IMG/VR virus record: IMGVR_UViG_3300034684_000282
Source of the DNA: an uncultured virus (IMG/VR IMGVR_UViG_3300034684_000282)
Lineage: Duplodnaviria > Heunggongvirae > Uroviricota > Caudoviricetes
Direction: 5' to 3' (one strand)
Length of the DNA stretch: 60,583 bases
Below are positions 18,645 to 28,351 of the stretch, piece after piece; within the stretch, counting starts at the first letter, position 1, and each line of letters begins with the position of its first letter. The translations under genes were made by a program, and so were the position numbers. Below the pieces are notes generated by a model. The model was given only the letters and a program-made list of their open reading frames with translations. It ran no database searches and was not told where the DNA came from.

Positions 18645-21289
18645 TGTCCCAGCAGATTAAGATTCTTAGGAACCTCTCGGTACCAAACGTAGTAACGGAC
18701 TTGGAGAACGTCCTAACGGATATATGCAACATCATCGAGCTTAAGCTGAACGACGCGGACCTTCTCGCGATGACCGTCTCTGGGTCTCCCGATAGGAAGT
18801 GGCGCAGCATCAACGACATGGACGACGTTGACGCGGGTGACGCGGTAGACGGGGATGTTCTGCAGTGGAACGAGTCTACGAAGCAGTGGGAAGACGGTAG
18901 CTTAACTCTTGATGATTTAGATGATGTTGATACAAGCGGTGTAGAAGACGGGGATGTTCTGCAGTGGAACGAGTCTACGAAGCAGTGGGAAGACGGTAGC
19001 TTAACTCTTGATGATTTAGATGATGTTGATACAAGCGGTGTAGAAGACGGGGATGTTCTGCAGTGGAACGAGTCAACAGCACAGTGGGAAGCTAACAAGT
19101 CAACTGGTGGTAGACAACCACTTACGGAGAATGTTGAGATTACTGTTGGTAGCGGTGGGGATTTTAACACGATAAACGAAGCTCTAGAATACGCGGTGGC
19201 TACTTACTACCCAATTTTTACGGATATAAATGATATTTCCCCATCACCCGATTATCCCGACTATTCACCCTATATATATATAAGTAGTAATACTCCAAGA
19301 GTTACTATCAGACTATTAGCGGGTTTTGAAATGAATGAGCAAGTGTTTGTTGAGTCGCTTGATTTATCGTGGATTACCATTGTTGGCGATGACGATATAA
19401 CTAATGTTAATATAGATATAATAGAAGCGTCTGTTATTGGAGTTGTTGGACTTATACAACCACGGAATTATTTTCCTAGTGATTATAGCTACCCTGTTTT
19501 TATGGCAACAAATGGAGGATTTTTACCAGTTATTGGGCAGTTGTTTTGGGTAAAAGATATTGATCTTTATTGGCCACCCTGTGTTCACGGTATAGTAGCA
19601 AATGCAAACTCTAAAGCTATTGTAATGCCTGGGTGTGGTATAAAAAATAATACTGGAATTGCTATTTACGCTAACGGAAGTTCTACAATTAGCGCGTATG
19701 GAGCCATAGCTTCAGACACAGGATACTGCGGTGTGTACGCTGATCAAGCATCTACGATTAACGCTCCCTATATAGATGCCTCAAACTCTGACTATGGTAT
19801 ATATGCAGACCACGCTTCTACAATAAACGCGGACTACGCGCGTGTATCGCTTGCCGGTGAAGTTGGTATATGCGCTGGAAATTGTTCTACTATCAACGCT
19901 AACAACGCAGACGTGCCAGATTCCCACGGAGACGCTATATGTGCTTATGGCGGTTCTACAGTCAACGCAGATAATGTTAACGCACCATCCCCTAGCGGGT
20001 GTGGTCTTTACGCCGATGAAGGTTCCATAATCCATGCTTATCGTTTAAATGCCGTAGATTCTGGAGGTAGCGCTATATGTGCTTATGACGGTTCTTTCAT
20101 TTCTGCTCCCGTTGCAACCGTAACGGATTCTCGCAGAGCTATAGATGTTTACGGAGGTTCTGTAGTTTATGCCGATGGGTTAAGCGCGTCGTACTGTATA
20201 TACGGTATGGACGTTAATAACGGTTCCATACTTAGTGCGTACGCTGTGTTGATGGAAAACGTAATGCGCTACGGGGTAGTTGCTGACTTCGGGTCTTTAG
20301 TGGAAGTTGCTGGGTTGTTTATGGCAAACGCCGGTTGGGCCGGTTGGAACGGTGTAAGTGCTTACACAGGTTCGACAGTTTGTATTGAATCTCCGGATGT
20401 ATCATACGCTGGTAGAGACGGTATCTACGCTGAGGGTGGTTCTACGATTAACGTTGAGTCGGGGTGGGTCGCGTACGCTGGTAGAGACGGTATCCACGCA
20501 TACGGTGATTCTAGAATTTACGCTGACTGGACGGACTCTCCCGGAGCTGGGCGCTACGGTCTATACGCTGATTACAATTCAGTTATCAGCGCCGAATTTT
20601 CAGACGTATCAAACGCCGGTGACTCCGGTATATATGCTAGCAGGAATTCTCGTATTGTTGCTAACAAAGCCGACGCTTCCGGGGCGGTAAGATCTTGCGT
20701 TAAGGCGGAGGGAATCTCTTTTGTGGACGTTTCTGACTCAACAATTTCAGGAGCCGGTGATTACGGTATATACGCAATTAATGGTTCTACGGTAGATGCT
20801 ACTTGGGCGGACGTTTCGTACGCCAACAAATACGGGGTGTGGTCACAGTTAGGTTCTAAAGTAATAGCTCACTTTGCAGACGTTTCATACGCTGGTATTC
20901 ATGGTATTTGGGCAGATTTAAATTCAGAAATTGTTGCTTGCTGTGTAGATGCTTCATACGCGGGTGAATACGGTGTATATGCGTCTAACGGTTCTATTAT
21001 TAATGTTAATGAAGCGGATATTTTTAGTGCTGGTATTTACGGTATTTATGCGGATACAAACTCTACGGTTACTGCTTGTTTTTCAGATATTTCATCATTA
21101 AGTTCACATGGAGTATATGCTAATCATTTTTCGAAAATCGATGCTCGAGCTGCGGTTACTTCGTCAATTCCGTCTGGTTATTACGCATACATAGTAAATA
21201 ATAATTCTCTTATAAACGTTCAAGACGCATTAGGAACACTGAGTCAAACTTCGGGTATTCGTACAAGTAACGGTCTTATACTACAGTAG
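18644..21289 (+). CDS. tail fibre/tailspike with right-handed beta-helix receptor-binding domain
   Basis: LDDLDDV...GDVLQWN shaft repeats, then about 22-aa GIYAxxGSxIxA repeats. Followed by a fibre chaperone gene. Confidence 0.75.
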   Translation: MSQQIKILRNLSVPNVVTDLENVLTDICNIIELKLNDADLLAMTVSGSPDRKWRSINDMDDVDAGDAVDGDVLQWNESTKQWEDGSLTLDDLDDVDTSGVEDGDVLQWNESTKQWEDGSLTLDDLDDVDTSGVEDGDVLQWNESTAQWEANKSTGGRQPLTENVEITVGSGGDFNTINEALEYAVATYYPIFTDINDISPSPDYPDYSPYIYISSNTPRVTIRLLAGFEMNEQVFVESLDLSWITIVGDDDITNVNIDIIEASVIGVVGLIQPRNYFPSDYSYPVFMATNGGFLPVIGQLFWVKDIDLYWPPCVHGIVANANSKAIVMPGCGIKNNTGIAIYANGSSTISAYGAIASDTGYCGVYADQASTINAPYIDASNSDYGIYADHASTINADYARVSLAGEVGICAGNCSTINANNADVPDSHGDAICAYGGSTVNADNVNAPSPSGCGLYADEGSIIHAYRLNAVDSGGSAICAYDGSFISAPVATVTDSRRAIDVYGGSVVYADGLSASYCIYGMDVNNGSILSAYAVLMENVMRYGVVADFGSLVEVAGLFMANAGWAGWNGVSAYTGSTVCIESPDVSYAGRDGIYAEGGSTINVESGWVAYAGRDGIHAYGDSRIYADWTDSPGAGRYGLYADYNSVISAEFSDVSNAGDSGIYASRNSRIVANKADASGAVRSCVKAEGISFVDVSDSTISGAGDYGIYAINGSTVDATWADVSYANKYGVWSQLGSKVIAHFADVSYAGIHGIWADLNSEIVACCVDASYAGEYGVYASNGSIINVNEADIFSAGIYGIYADTNSTVTACFSDISSLSSHGVYANHFSKIDARAAVTSSIPSGYYAYIVNNNSLINVQDALGTLSQTSGIRTSNGLILQ
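18848..19075 (+). repeat. exact 99-bp (33-aa) tandem repeat, about 2.3 copies
   Basis: GACGGGGATGTTCTGCAGTGGAACGAGTC begins at 18848, 18947 and 19046. Confidence 0.95.
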
Positions 21290-21305
21290 AATAGAAGGTT
21301 GGTAA

Positions 21306-21839
21306 ATGAAGTATACGGTAGTTAAAAATAATAAGTTTACAGGTGTAACTTACGATGAGTTGAGCGAGCGGATACTCGCTCACCACGCGTCGCAGAGTGA
21401 GTTAGTTGTTCCGGTTGAAAACCAACCCACCCAGATAGCGGAGAACAACGGCATGCCGGTCTTCGGAGAGGTAACCCTAGAGGACCTAAAGCGCGGTAAG
21501 ATCCTAGAGTTAGACTCAGCGTTTCGAAGCAAGCTGGGGGAGGGGTTTAAAACATCGAGTGGGGTCACGCTGTCAACCGCCGCGGAGGACTACCGATTCT
21601 ACGCCGTCAGCAGGGAGCGCGCCAAGGCTAAGCTTGAGAAGGGTAAGCCTGGTACTGCGGTGGTTACGGTAAGGGATAGGGACGGTAGTGTACTGCGTGA
21701 CGTGCCGGCGCGTGACTACATAAGCATGGTTGAGGAACTTGAGGAGTACCTAGAGTCGCTGTGGTACCGCAAGGCTGAGCTTGAGGAGCAGGTTAAAAAG
21801 GCTACCTCAGCGGATGAGCTAGCGGCAATTGAGTGGTAG
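21306..21839 (+). CDS. DUF4376-like tail fibre assembly protein (copy 1)
   Basis: C-terminal K..LEEQVKKATSADELAAIEW. Paralog of 24555-25067. Confidence 0.75.
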   Translation: MKYTVVKNNKFTGVTYDELSERILAHHASQSELVVPVENQPTQIAENNGMPVFGEVTLEDLKRGKILELDSAFRSKLGEGFKTSSGVTLSTAAEDYRFYAVSRERAKAKLEKGKPGTAVVTVRDRDGSVLRDVPARDYISMVEELEEYLESLWYRKAELEEQVKKATSADELAAIEW

Positions 21840-21890
21840 TGTAGTGTGTTTGTATAATTTAATAAATATATTAGAAAATGGTGGTGTGTA

Positions 21891-23126
21891 ATGCCACAGA
21901 CTATAGAGATTGTTAAGGACGTTCCTCTAACGGGCGTTGTAGCCGACTTAGAGAACCTACTGTCGAAGATATGCAACACCGCTAGTATAGCGTTAAACGC
22001 CGCTGACTTCCCGGCGCTGACTGTTTCCGGAACCCCGCCGAGCTCTACGCTTGACGCGACTAGCTTGGGTGGAAAGCCCGCCGCGTACTACGATGTAGCG
22101 TACCACAGTATCAACGACTTAAACGACGTTGACACTAGCAGCGTCGCGAACGGTCACATCCTAAAGTGGAACTCACTCGCTGCGCAGTGGAAGACTGAGG
22201 CGGCGGTCAACAACTTGGATGATCTTCTAGACGTTGTGATAACCGCGCCGGCTAACAGGGAGTTACTAGTGTACGACTCTAGCTTGAGCAGGTGGGTTAA
22301 CAACACGCCCGGGGAGGCTGGAGTAGCGGTTGCAGACCACAACCACGACTCTACCTACTTAGGGATAAGTGCCACGGCTGTGAATTCAGACAAGCTTGAC
22401 GGCATGCACGCCGCGGACTTTGCTGTGGTAGCGCACAACCACGACTCTACCTACTTAGGGATAAGTGCCACGGCTGTGAATTCAGACAAGCTTGATAACC
22501 AAGACGGAACCTACTACCTCAACTGGAATAACCTTACCAACAAGCCGACAACTTACACCCCCAGCAACCATGGCAACAGCGCCCACACGTCGGTGTTTAT
22601 CACGGCTTCGGACGTAACGTACGAAAACTTAAGCGCCAACGGGGACGTGGGTACCGGCAGCACTCAGGTAGCGAAGGGCAACCACACCCACAGCGTTTGG
22701 GACGTAGTTATAGAGGACCAGAAAACGGAGGGTACCAACGGTGGGACTTTTACCTCGGGTGCCTGGCAGACTAGGGACCTCAACACGCTAGCGTACAACA
22801 GCGGGACCCTCGCTTCCCTGAGCTCCAGCCGGTTTACCCTACCCGCGGGGACCTACTGCATTGACTGGGACGCACCCGCGGGTGAGGGCGTGGGTAAGAA
22901 CAAGACGCGGCTCTACAACTACACCGCTAGCAGCGTGGTAGCCTACGGAAGGAACGCGGTTAACGCTTCCTCGTCGTGCGGGACGGCTGTAGTCACGGTC
23001 TCTAGCTCTACTAGCTTTCAGGTAGAGCACCGGTGTGAGACTACCGTAAGCGACACCGGGTTGGGTGCGGCCACGGGTTGGGGTACCGAAGTTTACACGC
23101 GCGTGCGGGTTAGAAAAATAGCTTAA
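21891..23126 (+). CDS. tail fibre protein
   Basis: N-terminus homologous to the 18644 fibre. HNH/HTH metal-binding motifs, DKLDG motifs, and a C-terminal tip domain. A 96-bp-period repeat starts at 22338 and 22434. Confidence 0.8.
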   Translation: MPQTIEIVKDVPLTGVVADLENLLSKICNTASIALNAADFPALTVSGTPPSSTLDATSLGGKPAAYYDVAYHSINDLNDVDTSSVANGHILKWNSLAAQWKTEAAVNNLDDLLDVVITAPANRELLVYDSSLSRWVNNTPGEAGVAVADHNHDSTYLGISATAVNSDKLDGMHAADFAVVAHNHDSTYLGISATAVNSDKLDNQDGTYYLNWNNLTNKPTTYTPSNHGNSAHTSVFITASDVTYENLSANGDVGTGSTQVAKGNHTHSVWDVVIEDQKTEGTNGGTFTSGAWQTRDLNTLAYNSGTLASLSSSRFTLPAGTYCIDWDAPAGEGVGKNKTRLYNYTASSVVAYGRNAVNASSSCGTAVVTVSSSTSFQVEHRCETTVSDTGLGAATGWGTEVYTRVRVRKIA

Positions 23127-23168
23127 GGCTTTTAATTCTATACGTTTAAACGTACAGTGAGTTTCTAG

Positions 23169-23202
23169 CAAGGTGAGGGTAACTACTTCACCTTGTTGTT
23201 TT
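23169..23202 (+). terminator. intrinsic terminator
   Basis: CAAGGTGAGG-loop-CTTCACCTTG followed by a T-rich tail. Confidence 0.6.
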
Positions 23203-23266
23203 GTGTAGTGGTTGAATTATAAAATTAATTCTGTGACAGTAGTGTATACACTAGGGGGAAGCAACC

Positions 23267-23743
23267 GTGGCTGTAGCTGATAAAGTACGAAAAATAACTA
23301 GTTTTTTTAATAAAATGTTCCGCGGTAAAAAAAGTGACTACTACTCGCCACCTAAGAAAAGCGCTGCTACTATAGCTAAAAACATTCTTATAGACTTTGT
23401 AGAAAAGTACAAGGGAGTTAGGCGAACGATACTGGCGGTCGTTCTCTGGGTCAACATTCATATCTTTTTTGTTACTATTGAGATGTATAGGAAAGTTAAC
23501 TTCGTCGACGTGCAGTGGGTTATCTACGCCGGCTACTGGACCACAATTCTAGGTACGTTCATCGGATTCTACACTACTGCTAGAACTAGGGAGTTTAACT
23601 CAGATACTCCGTATTCTAAGCGGGGTGAGTGGCTAAGCTCAAAACCGCAGGGTAACCTAGCTGCAGGCGCTACTGAGTTTACTCCCGATGACTTGTCTTC
23701 CTACAGCAACCAAAAATTTAACGATGAGAATTTGAAAACTTAA
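23267..23743 (+). CDS. putative holin, 2 transmembrane segments (copy 1)
   Basis: Two hydrophobic helices. Its paralog at 25302 directly precedes the endolysin. Confidence 0.6.
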   Translation: MAVADKVRKITSFFNKMFRGKKSDYYSPPKKSAATIAKNILIDFVEKYKGVRRTILAVVLWVNIHIFFVTIEMYRKVNFVDVQWVIYAGYWTTILGTFIGFYTTARTREFNSDTPYSKRGEWLSSKPQGNLAAGATEFTPDDLSSYSNQKFNDENLKT

Positions 23744-23762
23744 AAGTGTGGTGATTTAACAG

Positions 23763-23810
23763 TTGCTAAAAGTATGTAATAAATATAAACAGATTTGTAT
23801 GTTCTGGTAA
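23763..23810 (+). pseudogene. 5' remnant of an endolysin gene
   Basis: Reads MLKVCNKYKQ..* versus MLKVCHKYED at 25802, with a similar GGTGAT leader. Confidence 0.65.
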
Positions 23811-23972
23811 AGAAGGTAAAGCTAGAATTATACCTGTAGGTGAGGCTTATAAGTACGAAGGTTCTATTGTGGGTAAGATAATTGATATTAATAAAGAAAA
23901 AAATCAGTATAAAATTATAATTAGTTTAAGATAGAAATATTGTAATATAAATAATTTAGGAGATGAGATATA

Positions 23973-24542
23973 ATGACGTGGACAGATCCAAGTTTAACTA
24001 ATGTGCCAATAAAGGCAACACACATCACTGAGTTGCGTGATAGGTATGATAATTTAGAAAACGATGTAAGTTTATTAAACAACAGAACATGGGATGTAAT
24101 CATAGAAGACCAAAAACCATCAGGTACTATTAGTGGGAGATTTGATTCTGGTGCTTGGAGAACGAGAGACTTAAATACATTAGTATACAATCATAACTCA
24201 CTTGCGTCTTTAAGTTCTAATGGATTTACCTTGCCAGCAGGAACTTATTGCATTGATTGGGATGCGCCAGCTCATCGTGTTAATAGACATAAAACGCGGC
24301 TCTATAATTATACAAGTTCAAGCGTTGTAGCATACGGAACAAATGAATATGCTACCGCTGCTGTAGATGAACATGGAACAGCTTCTCGATCATGGGGAAC
24401 AGCAATAGTTACCATTACTGCTTCTACTACATTTACAATACAGCATCGTTCTGAATCTTCATATTCAGCGGGTTTCGGTGAAGCATCAAATTTTAGCGCT
24501 ACCGAAGTTTACACTCGTGTCCGCATCAAAAAGATAAATTAA
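23973..24542 (+). CDS. short tail fibre tip protein
   Basis: WDVIIEDQK..GT...GAWRTRDLNTL...TLPAGTYCIDWDAPA...EVYTRVRI, homologous to the C-terminus of 21891. Confidence 0.8.
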   Translation: MTWTDPSLTNVPIKATHITELRDRYDNLENDVSLLNNRTWDVIIEDQKPSGTISGRFDSGAWRTRDLNTLVYNHNSLASLSSNGFTLPAGTYCIDWDAPAHRVNRHKTRLYNYTSSSVVAYGTNEYATAAVDEHGTASRSWGTAIVTITASTTFTIQHRSESSYSAGFGEASNFSATEVYTRVRIKKIN

Positions 24543-24554
24543 GGAGGATTTTTA

Positions 24555-25067
24555 ATGAAATATACGGTTGTAAAAGATGGTAAATTCATAGGCGTAAATT
24601 ATAGCGAAATAGATGACCAAATGTTCACATATCACGCTTCACAGGGCGAATATGTTATGCCCGTCGAAGAATTTCCTAAACCCATAGAATTTGATTATGA
24701 TGCTGGAGAACCTATCTATGGAGATGCAGACATAAATATTCTCAAGCAAGGGAAACTTGCTGAGCTTGCTGAAAACAGATGGAAAGAAGAAACTGGAGGA
24801 TATTTGTACAACGGGCATGAATTTCACTCAGACAGAGAGTCTCAAGACAGGTTTTTTCATGCATACATGGCAAGTTTAAATGATCCCAATTTTACACGAA
24901 CATGGAAAACAAAAGATGGTTGGCTTAATATGAATGCTGAAGATTTCGTCGAATTATACAATAACTTTTGGGAATTCTTACAGGGGCTATATCAGAAAGA
25001 AAAGTCTCTTCAAGAACAAGTAAAAGCTGCAACTACAATTGAAGAAATAGAAGCAATAAAATGGTAA
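24555..25067 (+). CDS. DUF4376-like tail fibre assembly protein (copy 2)
   Basis: RWKEETGG...SDRESQ...WKTKDGW...ATTIEEIEAIKW. Confidence 0.8.
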   Translation: MKYTVVKDGKFIGVNYSEIDDQMFTYHASQGEYVMPVEEFPKPIEFDYDAGEPIYGDADINILKQGKLAELAENRWKEETGGYLYNGHEFHSDRESQDRFFHAYMASLNDPNFTRTWKTKDGWLNMNAEDFVELYNNFWEFLQGLYQKEKSLQEQVKAATTIEEIEAIKW

Positions 25068-25155
25068 ACTACATATTTAATCTAAATAATAATAAAAATT
25101 ATTAGTTTTTATTAATATTTATTTAATAATAATATAAAATTTTATATTTATAGAT

Positions 25156-25189
25156 GGGGTGAAAATTACTTTCACCCTTTTTATTTTTT
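25156..25189 (+). terminator. intrinsic terminator
   Basis: GGGTGAAA-loop-TTTCACCC plus a T run. Related to the 23169 terminator. Confidence 0.7.
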
Positions 25190-25301
25190 CAGAATTGGTA
25201 AAATCCAAACTTAATCTAAAAAGCAATAGAAGTTACCATTACTAAAGGTAAGAGTAGTTCATTTTTAAAAGAATAATCATATAATATTGGAGGAACTTTT
25301 T

Positions 25302-25766
25302 ATGGCAATTAATGATAAGATACAATTAATAACTAATTTTTTTAATAAAGTATTTACATCTAAAAAAGAAAATTATTATTCACCACCTAAGAAAAAAATT
25401 ACTGTTACAGCTAAAAATATATTAATAGATTTTGTAGAGAAATATAAAGGTATAAGACGAACACTATTAGCTATTATTCTTGGTGTTAATATTTATATTC
25501 TTTTTGTTACAGTTGAAATGTACAGGAAAGTTAATTCTGTTGATGTGCAATGGGTTATTTATGCTGGTTATTGGACAGCTATTCTAGGTACGTTTATCGG
25601 ATTTTATACTTCGTCTAGAATAAAGGAGTTTAACTCTGATACTCCATATTCTAAAAAGGGCGAATGGTTGAGTCCACAGAAATTGAATGAACCAAAAATA
25701 GGTGCTACAGAATTTACGCCTGATGAGTTATCTTCTTACAGTGATCAAAATGTTGATATATCATGA
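25302..25766 (+). CDS. putative holin (copy 2)
   Basis: Close paralog of 23267 (shared VDVQWVIYAGYWT, EFNSDTPYSK). GGAGG RBS. Confidence 0.6.
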   Translation: MAINDKIQLITNFFNKVFTSKKENYYSPPKKKITVTAKNILIDFVEKYKGIRRTLLAIILGVNIYILFVTVEMYRKVNSVDVQWVIYAGYWTAILGTFIGFYTSSRIKEFNSDTPYSKKGEWLSPQKLNEPKIGATEFTPDELSSYSDQNVDIS

Positions 25767-25801
25767 TTTAAAACTTTAATAAAGGTAAGGTGATCTAATA
25801 A

Positions 25802-26380
25802 TTGTTGAAAGTATGTCATAAATATGAAGATTTACCAGAAGAGTACTTAACACTAATACTAAAATATGAAGGCGGATATGTTAATGATCCACTTGATAAA
25901 GGTGGAGAAACTAACAGGGGAATAACAATAGGAGCATTAAATGAAGCTAAAAAACAAGGTATCGTACCACCTGATATTACAATAAAAGATTTAACACATG
26001 ATTTAGAATCAGTTAGAAGAATATATGATATTAATTATTATAAAAAAAGCAAAGCAAATATTATGTCTCATCCCTTGGCATTTGCACATTTTGATGCTAG
26101 TGTTAATCACGGAATTGGTTGGAGTAGTAAGTTTTTACAAAGGACATTAAATAAGTTTGGGGCTAATTTAGTTGATGATGGAATTATTGGTCCTAAGACA
26201 TTAGCAGCACTTGATGATATAGTGTCTAATGTATATATATATAAGATAATAGATGAATATTGTAATATAAGAAAAAGTTTTTATGATTCAATAGTAGCTA
26301 ATAATCCATCTCAAAAGAAGTTTTATAATGGATGGATGAATAGATTGGCTAGTGTTAGAGAGTACTGCGGGGTGGCGTAG
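25802..26380 (+). CDS. endolysin, glycoside hydrolase family 108 with peptidoglycan-binding domain
   Basis: EGGYVNDPLDKGGETNRGIT, FDASVNHG, DGIIGPKTL, KFYNGWMNR. Confidence 0.95.
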   Translation: MLKVCHKYEDLPEEYLTLILKYEGGYVNDPLDKGGETNRGITIGALNEAKKQGIVPPDITIKDLTHDLESVRRIYDINYYKKSKANIMSHPLAFAHFDASVNHGIGWSSKFLQRTLNKFGANLVDDGIIGPKTLAALDDIVSNVYIYKIIDEYCNIRKSFYDSIVANNPSQKKFYNGWMNRLASVREYCGVA

Positions 26381-26381
26381 G

Positions 26382-26765
26382 GTGAGCTTTGTTAAAAAAG
26401 TTGTTAGCGTGTTAAAGGAGATTTGGGAGTGGCTCGTTACTATCGCTCTTATAGTTTCTGGGTACTTACTCTTTAGATACGTAAAGGACCGGTTCTTTGG
26501 TCCTACTACTGTGGAGAAGAGCTTACTAGCTGAGATTGAAAAGAATGAGGAAAAACTAGCGGAGTTGGAGAGAGAAGTGCAGGGTAAGGTTGAGAAAGAC
26601 GCGGAGTTACAGGAAGAACAGGAGAAAATTCAGGAAAAGATAGACAAACTTAAGAAAGAGTACTATGCAAAACAGGAAGAGTTTGCGCAGAGAGAGCGGG
26701 AAGCTACTGACTCAACGCACGAAGAGAATCTTGACTACATAAATAAAAAATATTGTAAGGGTTAG
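26382..26765 (+). CDS. membrane-anchored coiled-coil protein (i-spanin-like)
   Basis: N-terminal transmembrane segment then a long coiled coil, directly after the endolysin. Confidence 0.5.
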   Translation: MSFVKKVVSVLKEIWEWLVTIALIVSGYLLFRYVKDRFFGPTTVEKSLLAEIEKNEEKLAELEREVQGKVEKDAELQEEQEKIQEKIDKLKKEYYAKQEEFAQREREATDSTHEENLDYINKKYCKG

Positions 26766-26773
26766 AGTGGCGC

Positions 26774-27841
26774 ATGGCTGATAATATATTAAGTCACATC
26801 AATACAATACTCGAAGCTACCGGCGCCGTACCGTATAGGATAGATAGACTAACCCTCAGCGACATGTTGAGTATGAGAGACTACTCCGTCGGTGTAGAAA
26901 ACTTAGTGAATGGTCTAACAGTGTCTAAGGACTACGGTAACAATATAGCTTACCTTGACGTTAGCAGCGACATACAGCCGACTAACCTTCTGTACAGGGC
27001 GTCTTCGGAAAGAGAGTTTAATCCCTTTTTATTCACCCCAGGCGAGAGGGTAGCCCAGGGAGTGTCTAACGTGTCGACAAGGCTGATCTCGGACATACTA
27101 CCCAGCTGGACGAATATCCCGAAGCGTAGTAACAGTGTTATCTGCTCAAACGACTACTACGCGTCGGCGGAGTACACGTCGTACGGTTCGAGGAGAGGCG
27201 GTGTGGTGTACGTTGTCATACCGCCCAACAACGCGCACATTATGGTCTCACCGACGACAGACTTTTGGTACGCGTTTAGCTACTTGAGAGACGAAGTGGG
27301 TTTAAAGAGCTTAGACCTTATCAGCAGCAGCCTGCTGACATTTTTCGGGTTCTTCTACTACATCGTTGACAGAGACTTAATCACCGGTGTTACACCGGCG
27401 TGGCCTGACGAACTCTTAAAGATTAAGAAAAACACTCAGTACGGTGAGTCTAAGTATATTGAAGCGGTTGAGAACTTATTTTTAAACGGAAATAGATCTA
27501 CCATACTACACACGCTTAGCGCTATCGACCGAGCGCTGTCTAGCAGAAAGTTTATGGACGCGGCAAGGCGGGTCTACAACGCTCAAGCCAGCGCTGAACC
27601 GGCGTTTGCAATGGGTTACTATATTCTCGAAAAAAAGTCTACTAACCCTAGCGTCTCTATCGTTAAAATTTTAGACGATCTGTTTGACCCTGACAAGAAC
27701 GGTTTTGACTCAGCTTTGTATATAAACTTTGTGGATAGAATTTATCCTAGTTGTGAGATATGGACGGACAAACCGTGTATCTTTGTTAATGTCAACGATG
27801 TAGAATTTCTAACTAAATTATATCATAAGCTTCGGGGATGA
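26774..27841 (+). CDS. hypothetical protein, possible ADP-ribosyltransferase fold
   Basis: LLYR ... RSNSVICS ... YG..VVYVVIP ... CEIW ordering recalls R-S-E ARTs. Confidence 0.35.
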   Translation: MADNILSHINTILEATGAVPYRIDRLTLSDMLSMRDYSVGVENLVNGLTVSKDYGNNIAYLDVSSDIQPTNLLYRASSEREFNPFLFTPGERVAQGVSNVSTRLISDILPSWTNIPKRSNSVICSNDYYASAEYTSYGSRRGGVVYVVIPPNNAHIMVSPTTDFWYAFSYLRDEVGLKSLDLISSSLLTFFGFFYYIVDRDLITGVTPAWPDELLKIKKNTQYGESKYIEAVENLFLNGNRSTILHTLSAIDRALSSRKFMDAARRVYNAQASAEPAFAMGYYILEKKSTNPSVSIVKILDDLFDPDKNGFDSALYINFVDRIYPSCEIWTDKPCIFVNVNDVEFLTKLYHKLRG

Positions 27842-27847
27842 GTAGCA

Positions 27848-28339
27848 GTGAAAAAACTTAGTGTTAGCTTACTCGTAGCGTTAGTAATTTTTATTCTTAC
27901 GGGATGTAGCTACGCTCAGCCGGCCGCTTACGATCTAGGCAACGGCTACACCGCCGTGCGAAACGACGTGTTCGACAAGCTAGTCGAGAACGACAAGCTC
28001 TTAGAGTTAGCCAGGGAGGAAGCCGAGTACTACAGGGAAACTCTAGAACAGTACGTTAAGCTAGCCGAGCAGAAGAGTGAGATACAGGAAAGCCGCATCG
28101 CGGTGCTTAAGGAAACGCTAGTACTCAAGGACCAGATAATCAGCTACAAGGACGACAACCTACAGAACTGGGAGTCACTGTACAACGTGAAGAAAGACGA
28201 GGTTCGCTCCCTAAAGACTAAGAGCGTTTGGGAGAAGATACTAGTTATAGGGCTGGGAGCGTATGCCTTCAGCCAGCTCGACGACTCCACCGACAAGGCT
28301 GTAGTCGGCGGGCTAACCGTTTACCTTGCAACTAACTGA
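27848..28339 (+). CDS. secreted/lipoprotein coiled-coil protein (spanin-like)
   Basis: Signal peptide with an LTGC lipobox-like sequence, a coiled coil and a hydrophobic C-terminus. Confidence 0.5.
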   Translation: MKKLSVSLLVALVIFILTGCSYAQPAAYDLGNGYTAVRNDVFDKLVENDKLLELAREEAEYYRETLEQYVKLAEQKSEIQESRIAVLKETLVLKDQIISYKDDNLQNWESLYNVKKDEVRSLKTKSVWEKILVIGLGAYAFSQLDDSTDKAVVGGLTVYLATN

Positions 28340-28351
28340 GGGTGTGGTGTA

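Noticed and set aside
23181..23191. 11-nt match (AACTACTTCAC) to the putative guide flank of the 52.9 kb element
   Set aside because: Too short to distinguish from chance, and no TAM can be assigned.
447..23461. Many minus-strand ORFs over the structural genes
   Set aside because: They lie antisense to well-supported long genes and show no recognisable motifs.
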